From an uncultured delta proteobacterium (GTDB lineage Bacteria > Desulfobacterota > Desulfomonilia > UBA1062), in contig CAWCTR010000008.1 of the NCBI GenBank assembly GCA_963798485.1, positions 177,835 through 241,834 of the forward strand: a stretch of DNA of 64,000 nt. Reading direction: 5' to 3'. This document shows, one piece after another, positions 39,661-50,227 of the stretch. Within the stretch, counting starts at the first letter, position 1. Each line of letters opens with the position of its first letter. A program made the position numbers and the translations under genes. The notes beneath the pieces were generated by a model. That model was not told the origin of the DNA, did not search any database, and worked only from the letters and a program-made list of their open reading frames with translations.

Positions 39661-40671
39661 ATGAAGGAAGACAGAATACTCCTTGAGCACGGCAGCGGAG
39701 GGATGCTCATGAATTCTTTGATTCATGACGTCTTCATGCCGGTGTTCAAAAATGAATACCTCGACCAGTTGGGGGACAGTGCGGTTGTCACCATAGGGAA
39801 TAAGAAGGTCTGCTTCACTACGGATTCCTACGTGGTAGACCCCATCTTCTTTCCCGGCGGCGATATCGGGTCGCTTTCGATCCGCGGCACGGTGAACGAT
39901 ATCGCCATGTGCGGCGGCAAGCCACTCTATATCAGCGTTGGTCTCATCATGGAAGAGGGTTTCCCCTTGGGCGATCTTGAAAGGATCGTAGCATCAATGG
40001 GCGATGCCGCACAGGCGGCAGGTGTCCGGATCGTCACCGGGGACACCAAGGTGGTGCCCAAGGGCTCGGCCGACAAGATCTTTATCAATACCGCAGGCTT
40101 AGGGATTGTGGAATATAAGGCCGTCATTGCTCCAAAATCCATCGAGAAGCACGATGTGATCATCGTGAGCGGCACTATCGGCGATCACGGTGCAGCCATC
40201 CTGTCCACCAGAGGTGACCTTGGCTTCAGGTCGAACATCCTCTCGGACTGTGCCGCACTGAACGGCCTGGTGGAGGCGATCCTGCATGCAAGCAAGCGCG
40301 TGCGGTTCATGCGTGATGCCACCAGGGGAGGGCTCGGTGCTGTCCTGGTGGAGGCGGCTTCAGCCGCGGCGCTTACCTTTGAGATCGAAGAGCGGATGAT
40401 CCCGGTGAGGGACGATGTGAGGGGGCTGTGCGAGATCCTGGGGCTTGACCCCCTATTCATTGCCAACGAGGGCAAGATGGTGGTTGTCTGTGCCGCCCCC
40501 GACGCAGACAAGGTACTCTCGGTGATGAAGGCCCATCCTCTAGGGGCCGGTGCTGCGGTAATCGGCCGTGTTACTGAGACTAGGAGAAGCCGGGTCATCC
40601 TGAATACCGTTATCAACGGATCGAGGGAGCTGGATCTCCCTGAAGGGGAGCTGATACCACGCATCTGCTGA
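39661..40671 (+). CDS. hypE: Hydrogenase maturation protein
   Basis: HGSGG, TTDS, VND, GDTKVV, RDATRGG, C-terminal PRIC. Confidence 0.96.
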   Translation: MKEDRILLEHGSGGMLMNSLIHDVFMPVFKNEYLDQLGDSAVVTIGNKKVCFTTDSYVVDPIFFPGGDIGSLSIRGTVNDIAMCGGKPLYISVGLIMEEGFPLGDLERIVASMGDAAQAAGVRIVTGDTKVVPKGSADKIFINTAGLGIVEYKAVIAPKSIEKHDVIIVSGTIGDHGAAILSTRGDLGFRSNILSDCAALNGLVEAILHASKRVRFMRDATRGGLGAVLVEAASAAALTFEIEERMIPVRDDVRGLCEILGLDPLFIANEGKMVVVCAAPDADKVLSVMKAHPLGAGAAVIGRVTETRRSRVILNTVINGSRELDLPEGELIPRIC

Positions 40672-40815
40672 GAGGGTCTAACTTTTAAGAAAGATGTCTC
40701 TAAATATTTTACCCCTCTTTTTCCGAAGAGTAGACTTAAGAAAGGCAGGATCTTGACTTGCAATCAACTGATCCTATAAAGGTATTAGTCACTTATTAAA
40801 GAAAGAGGGTTACAA

Positions 40816-41217
40816 ATGTTTAATTTGAGATTTCAAGAGGCTATAGGCCTGCTCCTGGGGCCGGACGCCAATGAGGAGAGGCTGGGGGTGTGTTATCCTG
40901 CCCTTGATGTGTTTGAGAACTCGGAAGGATTATGCATCGAGGTAGAGATTCCCGGCGTAAACCCTGATGATGTGAATGTTGAGGTGATCGGCAGGACCCT
41001 GATAATTACCGGCATGAAAAAGGATGTCCTGTCCAATAAAGGTGTCCGTTACATAAGGATGGAGCGGGGATTCGGGAAATTTTCCCGGGAGCTGGATATT
41101 CCCGAGCGGTTCAACCTGGAGAAGATAGAGGCCAGGTTCATGGACGGGGTCTTAAAGATCAGGATTGCCAAGGGCGAAGACGGGGCTAAGAAGATCAAGC
41201 GAATAGAGATTGCTTAG
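40816..41217 (+). CDS. Hsp20 small heat-shock protein
   Basis: EIPGV, ER.FGKFSR, A.F.DGVLKI. Confidence 0.9.
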   Translation: MFNLRFQEAIGLLLGPDANEERLGVCYPALDVFENSEGLCIEVEIPGVNPDDVNVEVIGRTLIITGMKKDVLSNKGVRYIRMERGFGKFSRELDIPERFNLEKIEARFMDGVLKIRIAKGEDGAKKIKRIEIA

Positions 41218-41228
41218 GAGATAAATGA

Positions 41229-43637
41229 ATGGAGAATGAGAAACAGGCAATAGAGATACCCGAGAACATCCCGCTATTACCCATCAGGGATGTCGTCATA
41301 TACCCATATATGATTTTGCCCCTGTTTGTGGGTAGGGGCCTGTCCATCAAGGCGGTGGATGAGGCGCTCAACAAAGACAGGTACATCTTTTTGGCCGCGC
41401 AGAAGGACTCCACCGTCGAGGAACCCAGCGAAGAGCAGATCTTCACTGTGGGCACGGTGGCCATGGTCATCAGGATGCTCAAGCTCCCGGACGGCAGGGT
41501 GAAGATCCTGGTCCAGGGTGTTGCAAAGGCCCGCATCAAGTCTTTCAACAAGGATGAGAAGGGATTCTACAGCGTTAATATCGAGAAGATCGAGGAGCCC
41601 GAGCTCAAGGAGATCACGGTCGAGGTAGAGGCCATGATGCGCACGGTAAAGGAGCAGTCCGAGAGGATTCTCCAGCTCCGCGGCATTGTCTCACCTGATG
41701 CGCTGTCCATCCTGGAGGCAATAGACGACCCGGGCCGCTTAGCGGACCTGGTGGCATCAAACTTAAGGCTCAAGGTGGAGGAATCCCAGCATGTGTTGGA
41801 GATCGTCGACCCCATTGAGCGACTCCGCCATGTCAATCAGCTCCTTAGTAAGGAAATGGAGCTCTCCGAGGTCCAGGCCAGGATACAGACCCAGGCAAAG
41901 GAAGAGATGAGCAAGACCCAGCGCGAATACTTCCTGCGCGAGCAATTGCGCGCCATCCAGCAGGAGCTGGGCGAGGTGGACGAGAAGGGCAAGGAGATCG
42001 AGGAGTACCAGGAAAAGATAAACAGCGGCGGGATGCCCGAGGATGTGAAGAAGGAGGCAATCAAGCAGATCGATAGGCTCCGGATGATGCATCAGGACTC
42101 GGCCGAGGCCAATATCATCAGGACCTATCTCGACTGGATGACCGATCTGCCCTGGGGCAAGGCCACGCAGGACAGGCTCGATATCAAGGGTGCGGCAAAG
42201 AATCTCGACGAGGACCACTATGGTCTGGAAAAGGTCAAACAGCGCATCTTAGAATATCTGGCCGTGCGCAAGCTCAACCCGGATAAGAAGGGCGCGATCC
42301 TGTGCTTTGTGGGGCCCCCGGGTGTCGGCAAGACTTCACTCGGCAGGTCAATCGCGCGGGCGCTCGGCAGGGAATTCTACCGGCTCTCCATCGGCGGCGT
42401 GCGCGATGAGGCCGAGATCAGGGGCCACAGGCGGACATACATCGGCGCCATGCCGGGCCGCATTGTCCAGGGCATCAAGCAGGCAGGCTCCAACAACCCG
42501 GTCTTCATGATCGACGAGGTGGACAAGATCGGCCAGGACTATCGGGGCGATCCGTCTTCGGCGCTGCTTGAGGTGCTCGACCCAGAGCAGAATTTCTCAT
42601 TCCAGGACCACTACCTGAATGTGCCCTTTGATTTGTCCAGGGTTATGTTCATCACCACGGCAAACCTCATAGACCCCATCCCCGGCCCGTTGAAGGACAG
42701 GATGGAGATCATCGAGCTGCCGGGTTACACGGACCAGGAGAAGCTGCAGATCGCCAAGCGCTACCTGGTGTCCAGGCAGGTAGGTGAGAACGGTATGAAG
42801 TTTGAGGATATAAAGTTCTCGGATGAGGCCATTCTCGACCTCATCAACCACTATACGAAAGAGGCAGGGGTAAGAAACCTGGAGCGCGAGATCGGGTCTA
42901 TCTGTAGAAAGGTGGCCCGTGACATTGCAGAAAAGAACGGCAAGCGCAAGAAGATCTACCATATAACCGCGAACAGCGTGTCCAGATACCTGGGCGTACA
43001 GAAATTCCTGCCTGAACAGGAGCGCACGGAGCACGAGGTGGGGGTATCTACAGGTCTTGCCTGGACGCAGTTCGGCGGCGAGATCCTCTACATCGAGGCC
43101 TCAGTCCTTAAATGCCATGAGGGCAAGGGGGGCAACCTGGTGCTCACCGGCCACCTGGGAGATGTGATGAAGGAATCGGCCCAGGCCGGGCTGACGTATA
43201 TCCGCTCGCGGGCAAAGGACCTTGGCATACCTGATACCTTCAATAAAGATAATGATATCCACGTGCATGTGCCGGCAGGGGCCATCCCCAAAGACGGCCC
43301 GTCCGCAGGCATCACCATGGCAACCGCCGTCATATCGGCGCTCACCAACAAGGCGGTCCGTAAGGATATCGCCATGACCGGCGAGATAACACTGCGTGGC
43401 AAGGTGCTTCCCATTGGCGGGCTCAAGGAAAAGACCTTGGCTGCGCACCGCAACAAGATTTTCGAGATCATCATCCCCAAGGACAACGAAAAGGACCTTG
43501 AGGATATACCGCCGCTGGTCATGAAGAAGTTGAAATTTTACCCGGTGAGCTCCATGGACGATGTGCTTAAGCACGTGTTCGTTCAGGAAAAGGCAGAAAA
43601 GAAGGCAACCCTCAAGCCGGCCAAGGCGGCAGGCTGA
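41229..43637 (+). CDS. lon: ATP-dependent protease La
   Basis: N-domain, [28 protein letters not shown]. Confidence 0.97.
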   Translation: MENEKQAIEIPENIPLLPIRDVVIYPYMILPLFVGRGLSIKAVDEALNKDRYIFLAAQKDSTVEEPSEEQIFTVGTVAMVIRMLKLPDGRVKILVQGVAKARIKSFNKDEKGFYSVNIEKIEEPELKEITVEVEAMMRTVKEQSERILQLRGIVSPDALSILEAIDDPGRLADLVASNLRLKVEESQHVLEIVDPIERLRHVNQLLSKEMELSEVQARIQTQAKEEMSKTQREYFLREQLRAIQQELGEVDEKGKEIEEYQEKINSGGMPEDVKKEAIKQIDRLRMMHQDSAEANIIRTYLDWMTDLPWGKATQDRLDIKGAAKNLDEDHYGLEKVKQRILEYLAVRKLNPDKKGAILCFVGPPGVGKTSLGRSIARALGREFYRLSIGGVRDEAEIRGHRRTYIGAMPGRIVQGIKQAGSNNPVFMIDEVDKIGQDYRGDPSSALLEVLDPEQNFSFQDHYLNVPFDLSRVMFITTANLIDPIPGPLKDRMEIIELPGYTDQEKLQIAKRYLVSRQVGENGMKFEDIKFSDEAILDLINHYTKEAGVRNLEREIGSICRKVARDIAEKNGKRKKIYHITANSVSRYLGVQKFLPEQERTEHEVGVSTGLAWTQFGGEILYIEASVLKCHEGKGGNLVLTGHLGDVMKESAQAGLTYIRSRAKDLGIPDTFNKDNDIHVHVPAGAIPKDGPSAGITMATAVISALTNKAVRKDIAMTGEITLRGKVLPIGGLKEKTLAAHRNKIFEIIIPKDNEKDLEDIPPLVMKKLKFYPVSSMDDVLKHVFVQEKAEKKATLKPAKAAG

Positions 43638-43660
43638 GATAAACTTGTTGAGAGTCAGCA

Positions 43661-43700
43661 AAAACCGCCCTGCAGGGATTAACCTGCAGGGCGGTTTTAT
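43661..43700 (+). terminator. Rho-independent (bidirectional) terminator
   Basis: aaaaccgccctgcagg-gattaa-cctgcagggcggtttt. Confidence 0.85.
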
Positions 43701-43746
43701 TCGATCAAGGTATCGTGCATAGAGCTGGTCCTGAAAACTATGCTAT

Positions 43747-43889
43747 GAGACCTTTGCATAACCTACTCATCGGTCATTGCGAGGAGCCGAAGGCGACGTG
43801 GCAATCTCGATAAATCCAGAGAAGTGCCAAGATGCAGGGATTGCTTCGCTGCGCTCGCAATGACCGACATAGGGTTATGCAAAAGTCTC
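43747..43889. mobile_element. 143-bp MITE-like element with 17-bp TIRs and a palindromic core
   Basis: gagacctttgcataacc ... ggttatgcaaaagtctc (1 mismatch), flanked by the direct repeat gctat; core gtcattgcgag...ctcgcaatgac. Confidence 0.75.
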
Positions 43890-44102
43890 GCTATACAGGC
43901 TTTCTTAAAAGCGTTCATCTATAGCAGGAATAAACGGTATTAGGAAATCGTCTCAGACCCCAGTTTTCATTTTACTATGATGGAATTATCAAAGAAGATC
44001 AGAGGGGTCTTGGGTGAGTGATTATTTCCCTGAATTACTCTTATATGGGCAATCGTATTGCCCATAATGGTTATAGTATAAAACACAAAGGGGGGATATT
44101 CC

Positions 44103-45125
44103 ATGAAGAAGTTGTTTGTCTTTGCAGCAGTGCTGTTTATCTTCTCTATCCTTTCTGTTCCCTGTTCTGCTGAAGATAAGGTCTACAAGATCGAGGTCCT
44201 TCAGGTAGCCAAGATAGATGTATTTGATATGGCATTCTATGGATTTCTCGACACCCTCAAGAGTGGGGGTATTATTAAGGGAAAGAACCTCACGGTGAAC
44301 CGTGTCATTATAGACTACAACATCGAAGGAGGGGGTTTTCTGGACAAGGCCGGGCTGTATCTAAAGCTCAGGAGTGAGGCATCCCGCATTGCCGAAGCAA
44401 AGCCTGACCTTGCAGTGACCATCGGCACTCCTGCAACCAAGTATACCCGGGATAAGATCACCGCTGCAGGGGTCCCGCTGCTCTTTATCGCCGTGGCTAT
44501 TCCCCAAGCCGCAGGGTGCAAGTCGCTCACCGATGGAGGCCCGGGGGTTACGGGCGCCACGTTGTATATGGACATGAAGAACGTCATGAAGATCGTGAAG
44601 GCTGCCTTCCCCAAGATCAAGACCATCGGTATGGTGAGCAGCGATGATGAGAACGGTATCGCCCACGTGAAGGAGGCCATGAAGACTGCCCCGGCATTCG
44701 GCATGACCGTAATCTCCAAAGAGGTTACCAAGAAAGACAGTATCCTTCCCTCGATGAAAGCCCTCAAGGAACAGGGTATAGATGCCGTTGCCATTCCTCT
44801 TGACACATACTACGGCATTAAAAACTACCAGTATGTGAATGAAGTTAACGAGTTCTGCAGGCAGAATAAGATCCCCATCATCAGCTTTGTCTTCCAGCAC
44901 ACCAAGGGGGCAGTGCTCTCTGTGGGCACTGATTTTGATACCGTGGGCGCCCTTGGCGGACAAAATGCCCTGAAGATCCTGAAAGAGGGCAAGAAACCCG
45001 ATCAGCTTCCCATACTCAAGCAGGAACACCTCAAGATCATGGTCGATACGGAGCGTATGAAGGCCCTGGGAATCAAGATCCCCCTGGAGATACTCAGGAT
45101 AGCGAAGCCTGCCCAAAGTAGGTGA
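44103..45125 (+). CDS. ABC transporter substrate-binding protein (ABC_sub_bind type), orphan
   Basis: Signal peptide, KPDLAVTIGTPA, VTG, periplasmic binding type I pattern. Confidence 0.85.
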   Translation: MKKLFVFAAVLFIFSILSVPCSAEDKVYKIEVLQVAKIDVFDMAFYGFLDTLKSGGIIKGKNLTVNRVIIDYNIEGGGFLDKAGLYLKLRSEASRIAEAKPDLAVTIGTPATKYTRDKITAAGVPLLFIAVAIPQAAGCKSLTDGGPGVTGATLYMDMKNVMKIVKAAFPKIKTIGMVSSDDENGIAHVKEAMKTAPAFGMTVISKEVTKKDSILPSMKALKEQGIDAVAIPLDTYYGIKNYQYVNEVNEFCRQNKIPIISFVFQHTKGAVLSVGTDFDTVGALGGQNALKILKEGKKPDQLPILKQEHLKIMVDTERMKALGIKIPLEILRIAKPAQSR

Positions 45126-45147
45126 ACGATCAAGAAAATATGCAATA

Positions 45148-45195
45148 AGGAAGAAGCTCCCCGCATCCGTGAACGGGGAGCTTCTTCCTGTTTAT
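45148..45195 (+). terminator. Terminator hairpin
   Basis: aggaagaagctccccg...cggggagcttcttcct. Confidence 0.75.
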
Positions 45196-45319
45196 ACAAT
45201 CGAATTAAAAATAAGTCCTGCCATTGAATCGTCAGCATAAGCCCCTATAGAAGAATTGTGATGAAGCCTTTGTACCGTTATGTGTGTCCTCCTAAGGGTA
45301 ATAGTGTGTCAAGGGATGG

Positions 45320-46369
45320 GTGAATGCCATGAAAAAGAGATCAGAGAATTTATTGAAATTTATCAACAATAAGGCCCCCGGACATGCTCAGACAATAGCC
45401 TCATACGCTGGACAGGTAAGAGATACAGAGCTCCTGGATGCATATTCCAGGGCCGTTATCTCGGTGGTCGATACGGTGAGCCCGACAGTAGTGAGCATCC
45501 AGGCAGGGGTTCATCAGCACAAGGCGGAACAAGACCAGTCTGCATCCGGATCAGGGGTTATCTTTGCCCCTGACGGCTATATCCTCACCAATGACCATGT
45601 GATCCATGGGGCAAAGCAGCTCCGGGTAACCCTCACGGATGGAAGCACAATGGCGGCAGCCACTGTCGGGACAGACCCAGCCACGGACCTTGCAATAATC
45701 CGGGCCAATGCCTCATCTCTTGAATACTCAAGCCTTGGCGATTCGAGCCAACTCAAGCCCGGCAGGCTCGTGATCGCTATCGGCAATCCCTTCGGGTTCC
45801 AATCAACAGTATCCACTGGGGTGGTAAGCGCGCTGGGAAGGGGGCTTAGAAGCAGAGACGGCAGGCTTATCGAGAACATCATCCAGCATACGGCCCCTTT
45901 AAACCCGGGAAATTCCGGCGGCCCCCTTGTGGACTCGACCGGGAATGTAATGGGAATCAACACGGCAATTATTTTTATGGCCCAGGGCATCGGGTTTGCC
46001 GTACCTGCCAACACGGCCAGGTGGGTGGTCTCACAGCTGCTTACCCATGGCAGGGTACGCAGGGGCTTTCTGGGTATATCAGGGCGGCAGTGGCCTCTGA
46101 ACCGCAGGCTCATGAGGTATCACAATCTGCAGAACAACTTCGCCATCGAGGTGCTCTCGGTGGAGCGGGATTCACCGGCCTCAAGGGTAGGTATCCATAT
46201 GGGTGACTTTATCGTTGCAGTCGGTGACACGCATGTCTCCAGCGTGGATGACCTCCACCGGTTCCTCTCTGAATGGCCCATTGGCGAGGAGATTACACTC
46301 ACCATCATCCGCAGATCCGAATGTATCGAGGTGAGGGTTGTCCCAGTGGAGGCTGATCAAGGAAAATAA
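45320..46369 (+). CDS. HtrA/DegP-like trypsin serine protease with one PDZ domain
   Basis: GSG, TNDHV, DLA, NPGNSGGPL, C-terminal PDZ. Confidence 0.93.
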   Translation: MNAMKKRSENLLKFINNKAPGHAQTIASYAGQVRDTELLDAYSRAVISVVDTVSPTVVSIQAGVHQHKAEQDQSASGSGVIFAPDGYILTNDHVIHGAKQLRVTLTDGSTMAAATVGTDPATDLAIIRANASSLEYSSLGDSSQLKPGRLVIAIGNPFGFQSTVSTGVVSALGRGLRSRDGRLIENIIQHTAPLNPGNSGGPLVDSTGNVMGINTAIIFMAQGIGFAVPANTARWVVSQLLTHGRVRRGFLGISGRQWPLNRRLMRYHNLQNNFAIEVLSVERDSPASRVGIHMGDFIVAVGDTHVSSVDDLHRFLSEWPIGEEITLTIIRRSECIEVRVVPVEADQGK

Positions 46370-46667
46370 TTTTAATTAATAATGATAGCATATTCTACCG
46401 AAAAGGAGAGTGGAGGGTATGTTATGGGCACAGAAAGATACTCTTACAGGATGCTTGGCGGTCTTTCAAAGGGTTTATCCCGTATTTTCATCATTCTTCG
46501 GACGAGAAAGATCTACGGATATAACTCGGTCTTTGAGAGGATCTTTCAATGCCTTTTCAACACAAGAAGAAAGAGAAAGCGGTCCGAAGGACCTAAGAGA
46601 CGCATAGAGATAGAACGTGTCTAAGGGATTACACCCTTTATCACGTAAGATGAAGGGAGGGGGGCAT

Positions 46668-48134
46668 ATGAGAAGGAACACAGGCTGGATGCGCGATCTG
46701 GCGTTTCACTATGAAGCGGTGAGGGCGGCATATCCTGAGGATGCCCTTATGATTGTCTTCGATATAGACGGCACTATTGTTGATATGCGCCATATGATTC
46801 TCTCAGTCCTTACGGCCTACGACCAAGAGCATGGGACACATTTTTTTACAAACCTCGTCTGTGATGATATTGCAATACCCGTACAGGATATGAGGACGAT
46901 CCTCAGGGGATTTGCTATTCCTGCAGCATCCCGGGAGGGAATCGCTCTATGGTGCAAGGATAATTTCTGGTCCAAAGCGGCGATCCTGGATTCGCACAAA
47001 CCATTCAACGGTGTGCTTGATGTCATCAGGTGGTTCCAATTGCAGCCGAACACCTTTGTCGGATTGAACACTTCCCGCTCGGAAATGTACCGTGAAGATA
47101 CATTGAAGATACTGAACACATTGGGTGAGGAATATCATGTAGTGTTTGATGACACACTTCTTTCCATGAATACCGGGTGCCCCAAACCCCAAGGGAAGGT
47201 GGAAGGAATCGGGCACTTCAAAGATTCAGGCTATCATATCGTAGCCGTAATCGATAACGAACTGGAAAACCTTGAGGCCATAGCGAAAAGCGATTCACAA
47301 GGTGAGATGCTTCTCCTGCATGCAGAGATCATCCTCAAGTCCTCTCCGGCCCTAAGGGCCGATACCGTTCAGGACAATTACTTTAACCTGACCGACCTTA
47401 TCAGCCGCCAACAACTGCCCGGGCATATAGAGTTTGTGTGGCATGGAGTGGATGACGAATCAATCCTGCGTCAGTTTCTCGTCTCATCGGTGCAGTGGGC
47501 CGAGTTCCATGTACGCGAACGTATAAACTCTTCCGATTTGATTTTGCGGAGAAAACCCTATGCGGAAATGCCCCCGGCCCCGGGTGAGAACCCTGCCCGG
47601 CTGGACGACTTTCTTTATATCCTGGGTGATGCGGACAGGGGCGTGAAGCTTGATCTCAAGGACCCGGGTCTGACGGGAAGGGTAATCGAGTTCCTCAAGG
47701 CATCCGGATTCACCGACGAAAGGATCTGGATCACCATCAACATGGAAGAAATGCGTCGAGGGGGCTTGCAGCTGATTATGGATGCGTTCCCCAAGGCCAT
47801 CAAGCAGTGCCCGGTGGACAGTCTTGCCCACATGATGAGCGTATCGCCCGTGGAGGCGGAAATATATATTGGTATGCTTGCACAGAGGGGAATCGACAGA
47901 TTCTCGGTGGACTGGAAGACCCCTTCATGCAGAAGGATTATCATCCAACTGCAGAACTGGGGATTCGATGTAAATATCTACAACGTGCCCGACCTCGAGG
48001 CGTTCCTCCAGGCCGTGCTCTTATTGCCCAAGTCCATCACCTCATTCTTCAATTTCCCCAAGTGGTTTTATACGGGCAGCCCTGATGAGTACGAGCAACA
48101 ACCCCGGATGAGCAGTGCCCGTATGATGCTCTGA
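46668..48134 (+). CDS. HAD-family domain fused to a phosphodiesterase-like TIM barrel
   Basis: FDIDGT, NTSR, K, IDN HAD motifs; C-terminal half WHGVD..WAEFHV..GVKLDLK..VNIYNV. Confidence 0.65.
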   Translation: MRRNTGWMRDLAFHYEAVRAAYPEDALMIVFDIDGTIVDMRHMILSVLTAYDQEHGTHFFTNLVCDDIAIPVQDMRTILRGFAIPAASREGIALWCKDNFWSKAAILDSHKPFNGVLDVIRWFQLQPNTFVGLNTSRSEMYREDTLKILNTLGEEYHVVFDDTLLSMNTGCPKPQGKVEGIGHFKDSGYHIVAVIDNELENLEAIAKSDSQGEMLLLHAEIILKSSPALRADTVQDNYFNLTDLISRQQLPGHIEFVWHGVDDESILRQFLVSSVQWAEFHVRERINSSDLILRRKPYAEMPPAPGENPARLDDFLYILGDADRGVKLDLKDPGLTGRVIEFLKASGFTDERIWITINMEEMRRGGLQLIMDAFPKAIKQCPVDSLAHMMSVSPVEAEIYIGMLAQRGIDRFSVDWKTPSCRRIIIQLQNWGFDVNIYNVPDLEAFLQAVLLLPKSITSFFNFPKWFYTGSPDEYEQQPRMSSARMML

Positions 48135-48289
48135 TCGGGCACTTTATAGAAGCACCGAAGCCTTATTCTCTCTGCGAAGCATACTTTATCCTTCGTACTA
48201 TCCAATGATCCGAGTATACTTTACTTAAGATGAACCAATAGTATCTTAAGCAGGCAGGAACGTAAGAAATATATAAAGGAAGGTGCGCA

Positions 48290-49639
48290 ATGAAAGATGC
48301 TATAATGAAAAAGTATTTCCAGAAGCTCAGCACACCCGAGCACGTTGCGCAGATGATCAATTCCGGGGACAGGATTTTCTTTTCCGAGTTTGCACTCAGG
48401 CCCGAATCCCTTGATGAGGCACTCGCCAATAGGGCGCACGAGCTTCAAGATGTGATGGTCGAAGGGGTATGCATTACCAAGATACCCAAGTTCATTGAAG
48501 CTGATCCCAAACGCGAGCATTTCATATACAATGACTGGCACTTCTCAGGGGTGAGCAGGAAGCTCTATCAGGAAGGACTCTGCAGTTACATACCCTTCAC
48601 GTATCATCAGGGCCCGCGTGTTGTGCGTAAATACAAAGATTATGACTATGTCTTTGTAAGTGCGAGGCCCATGGATGATCAAGGTTACTTCAATTTCGGC
48701 ATGTGTAACTCGCTGACCTCAGCCGCCATCACCAAGGCCAAGAATGTGGTGGTGGAGATAAACAAAAACATGCCCCATTGCCTGGGTGGCAACCAGGAGT
48801 CGGTGCATATCTCTCGGGTGGACTACATAGTGGAGGGCAAGAACCCGCCCATCCTGGAGATCAAGCCGGCTAACCCGAGCGAAACCGAGGTGGAGATCGC
48901 ACGGCACATCATGAAAGAGATCGAAGACGGTGCATGCCTCCAGCTCGGTATCGGCGGTCTGCCCAATGTTATCGGTTCGATGATCGCCGAGAGCGACCTC
49001 AAGGACCTGGGCGTGCATACCGAGATGCTCGTGGACTCCATGGTGGATCTCTATAATGAGGGCAAGATCACGGGAAACCAAAAGACCATAGACCGGTTCA
49101 AGATGGTCTACACCTTTGCCATGGGCACAAAGAAGCTCTATGAATTCCTGCATAACAACCCGGCGTGCGCATCATACCCGGTGAACTACACAAACGACCC
49201 CAGGATCATCGGGGTAAACACCAAGGTGGTGGCCATCAACAATGCGGTTGAGATAGACCTCTTCAGCCAGGTCTGCTCGGAATCTGCAGGCACGGCACAA
49301 ATATCCGGCACAGGCGGTCAGTTCGACTTCATCTTCGGCGCATTCTATTCACGCAGGGGAAAGGGGATCATCGGGATCAGCTCCACCTTTACCGATAAGG
49401 CAGGTAATGTGCATTCACGCATCGTGCCTACGTTGAGGCCGGGCTCGATCGTGACCGTGCCTCGCTCCATCGTTCAATACGTGGCCACGGAATATGGGAT
49501 AGTGCAGCTCAAGGGCAAGTCTACCTGGGAGCGCTGTGAGGCCCTCATCAGCATAGCACACCCCAAGTTCCGCGACGAGCTCATCAGGCAGGCCCATGAG
49601 ATGAAAATCTGGTTCGAAAGGAACCGGCATGATGTCTAA
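48290..49639 (+). CDS. Acetyl-CoA hydrolase/transferase family (butyryl-CoA:acetate / 4-hydroxybutyrate CoA-transferase-like)
   Basis: LQLGIGGLP, LGVHTEM, SGTGGQFDF, TEYG, IAHPKFR. Confidence 0.92.
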   Translation: MKDAIMKKYFQKLSTPEHVAQMINSGDRIFFSEFALRPESLDEALANRAHELQDVMVEGVCITKIPKFIEADPKREHFIYNDWHFSGVSRKLYQEGLCSYIPFTYHQGPRVVRKYKDYDYVFVSARPMDDQGYFNFGMCNSLTSAAITKAKNVVVEINKNMPHCLGGNQESVHISRVDYIVEGKNPPILEIKPANPSETEVEIARHIMKEIEDGACLQLGIGGLPNVIGSMIAESDLKDLGVHTEMLVDSMVDLYNEGKITGNQKTIDRFKMVYTFAMGTKKLYEFLHNNPACASYPVNYTNDPRIIGVNTKVVAINNAVEIDLFSQVCSESAGTAQISGTGGQFDFIFGAFYSRRGKGIIGISSTFTDKAGNVHSRIVPTLRPGSIVTVPRSIVQYVATEYGIVQLKGKSTWERCEALISIAHPKFRDELIRQAHEMKIWFERNRHDV

Positions 49640-49656
49640 TCAAAGGATAAACATCT

Positions 49657-50085
49657 ATGGAATCAGCAAAGACCGGTGACAAGGTCAGGGTCAATTATAC
49701 AGGAAGGTCGGAAGATGGACAGGTCTTTGAGTCCTCTGTGGGAATGATTCCCTTTACCTTCACAATAGGCGCAGGAGAAGTGATTAAAGGGTTCGAGGAT
49801 GCCATTATCGGCATGCAGCCCGGCGAGCGGAAAAAGATAACCGTAGAGCCGGAGGACGGCTTTGGACTATACGATGAAGACCTCGTTATAGAAGTCCCCA
49901 GGTCAGGGCTGCCTTCGGATCTTGAACTTCAGGTAGGGATAGATTTCGAGATGGAAGACGACGAAGGCAATGTTCTGCCTGCGGTGGTCATTGAGATATT
50001 GGATGATTCCATCCTCATTGATGCAAATGCCCCCCTTGCCGGGAAAAGGGTGATCTATGACATTGAGCTTATTGATATTTTCTAG
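49657..50085 (+). CDS. FKBP-type peptidyl-prolyl isomerase (SlyD-like, no His tail)
   Basis: GDKVRVNYTG, GEVIKGFE, DANAPLAGK. Confidence 0.92.
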   Translation: MESAKTGDKVRVNYTGRSEDGQVFESSVGMIPFTFTIGAGEVIKGFEDAIIGMQPGERKKITVEPEDGFGLYDEDLVIEVPRSGLPSDLELQVGIDFEMEDDEGNVLPAVVIEILDDSILIDANAPLAGKRVIYDIELIDIF

Positions 50086-50090
50086 AACCA

Positions 50091-50199
50091 ATTGCAAAAC
50101 TACCAGAATGTCATTCCCGCGAAGGAGGGAATCCAGTCTTTTCAAGGACTTCTGGACCCCCGCCTTCGCGGGGGTGACACCTTTTATTAGTTTTGCAAT
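50091..50199. mobile_element. MITE-like element: attgcaaaacta TIRs around a dRS3/RPE-like palindromic doublet
   Basis: attgcaaaacta...gtcattcccgcgaaggagggaatcc...ggacccccgccttcgcgggggtgac...tagttttgcaat. Confidence 0.65.
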
Positions 50200-50227
50200 C
50201 AGCTCCCCTATTTGATTCTTGAGTTTC

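Noticed and set aside
46382-46681. Small overlapping ORFs between htrA and the HAD fusion
   Set aside because: No recognisable motifs and mutually overlapping on both strands; probably non-coding.
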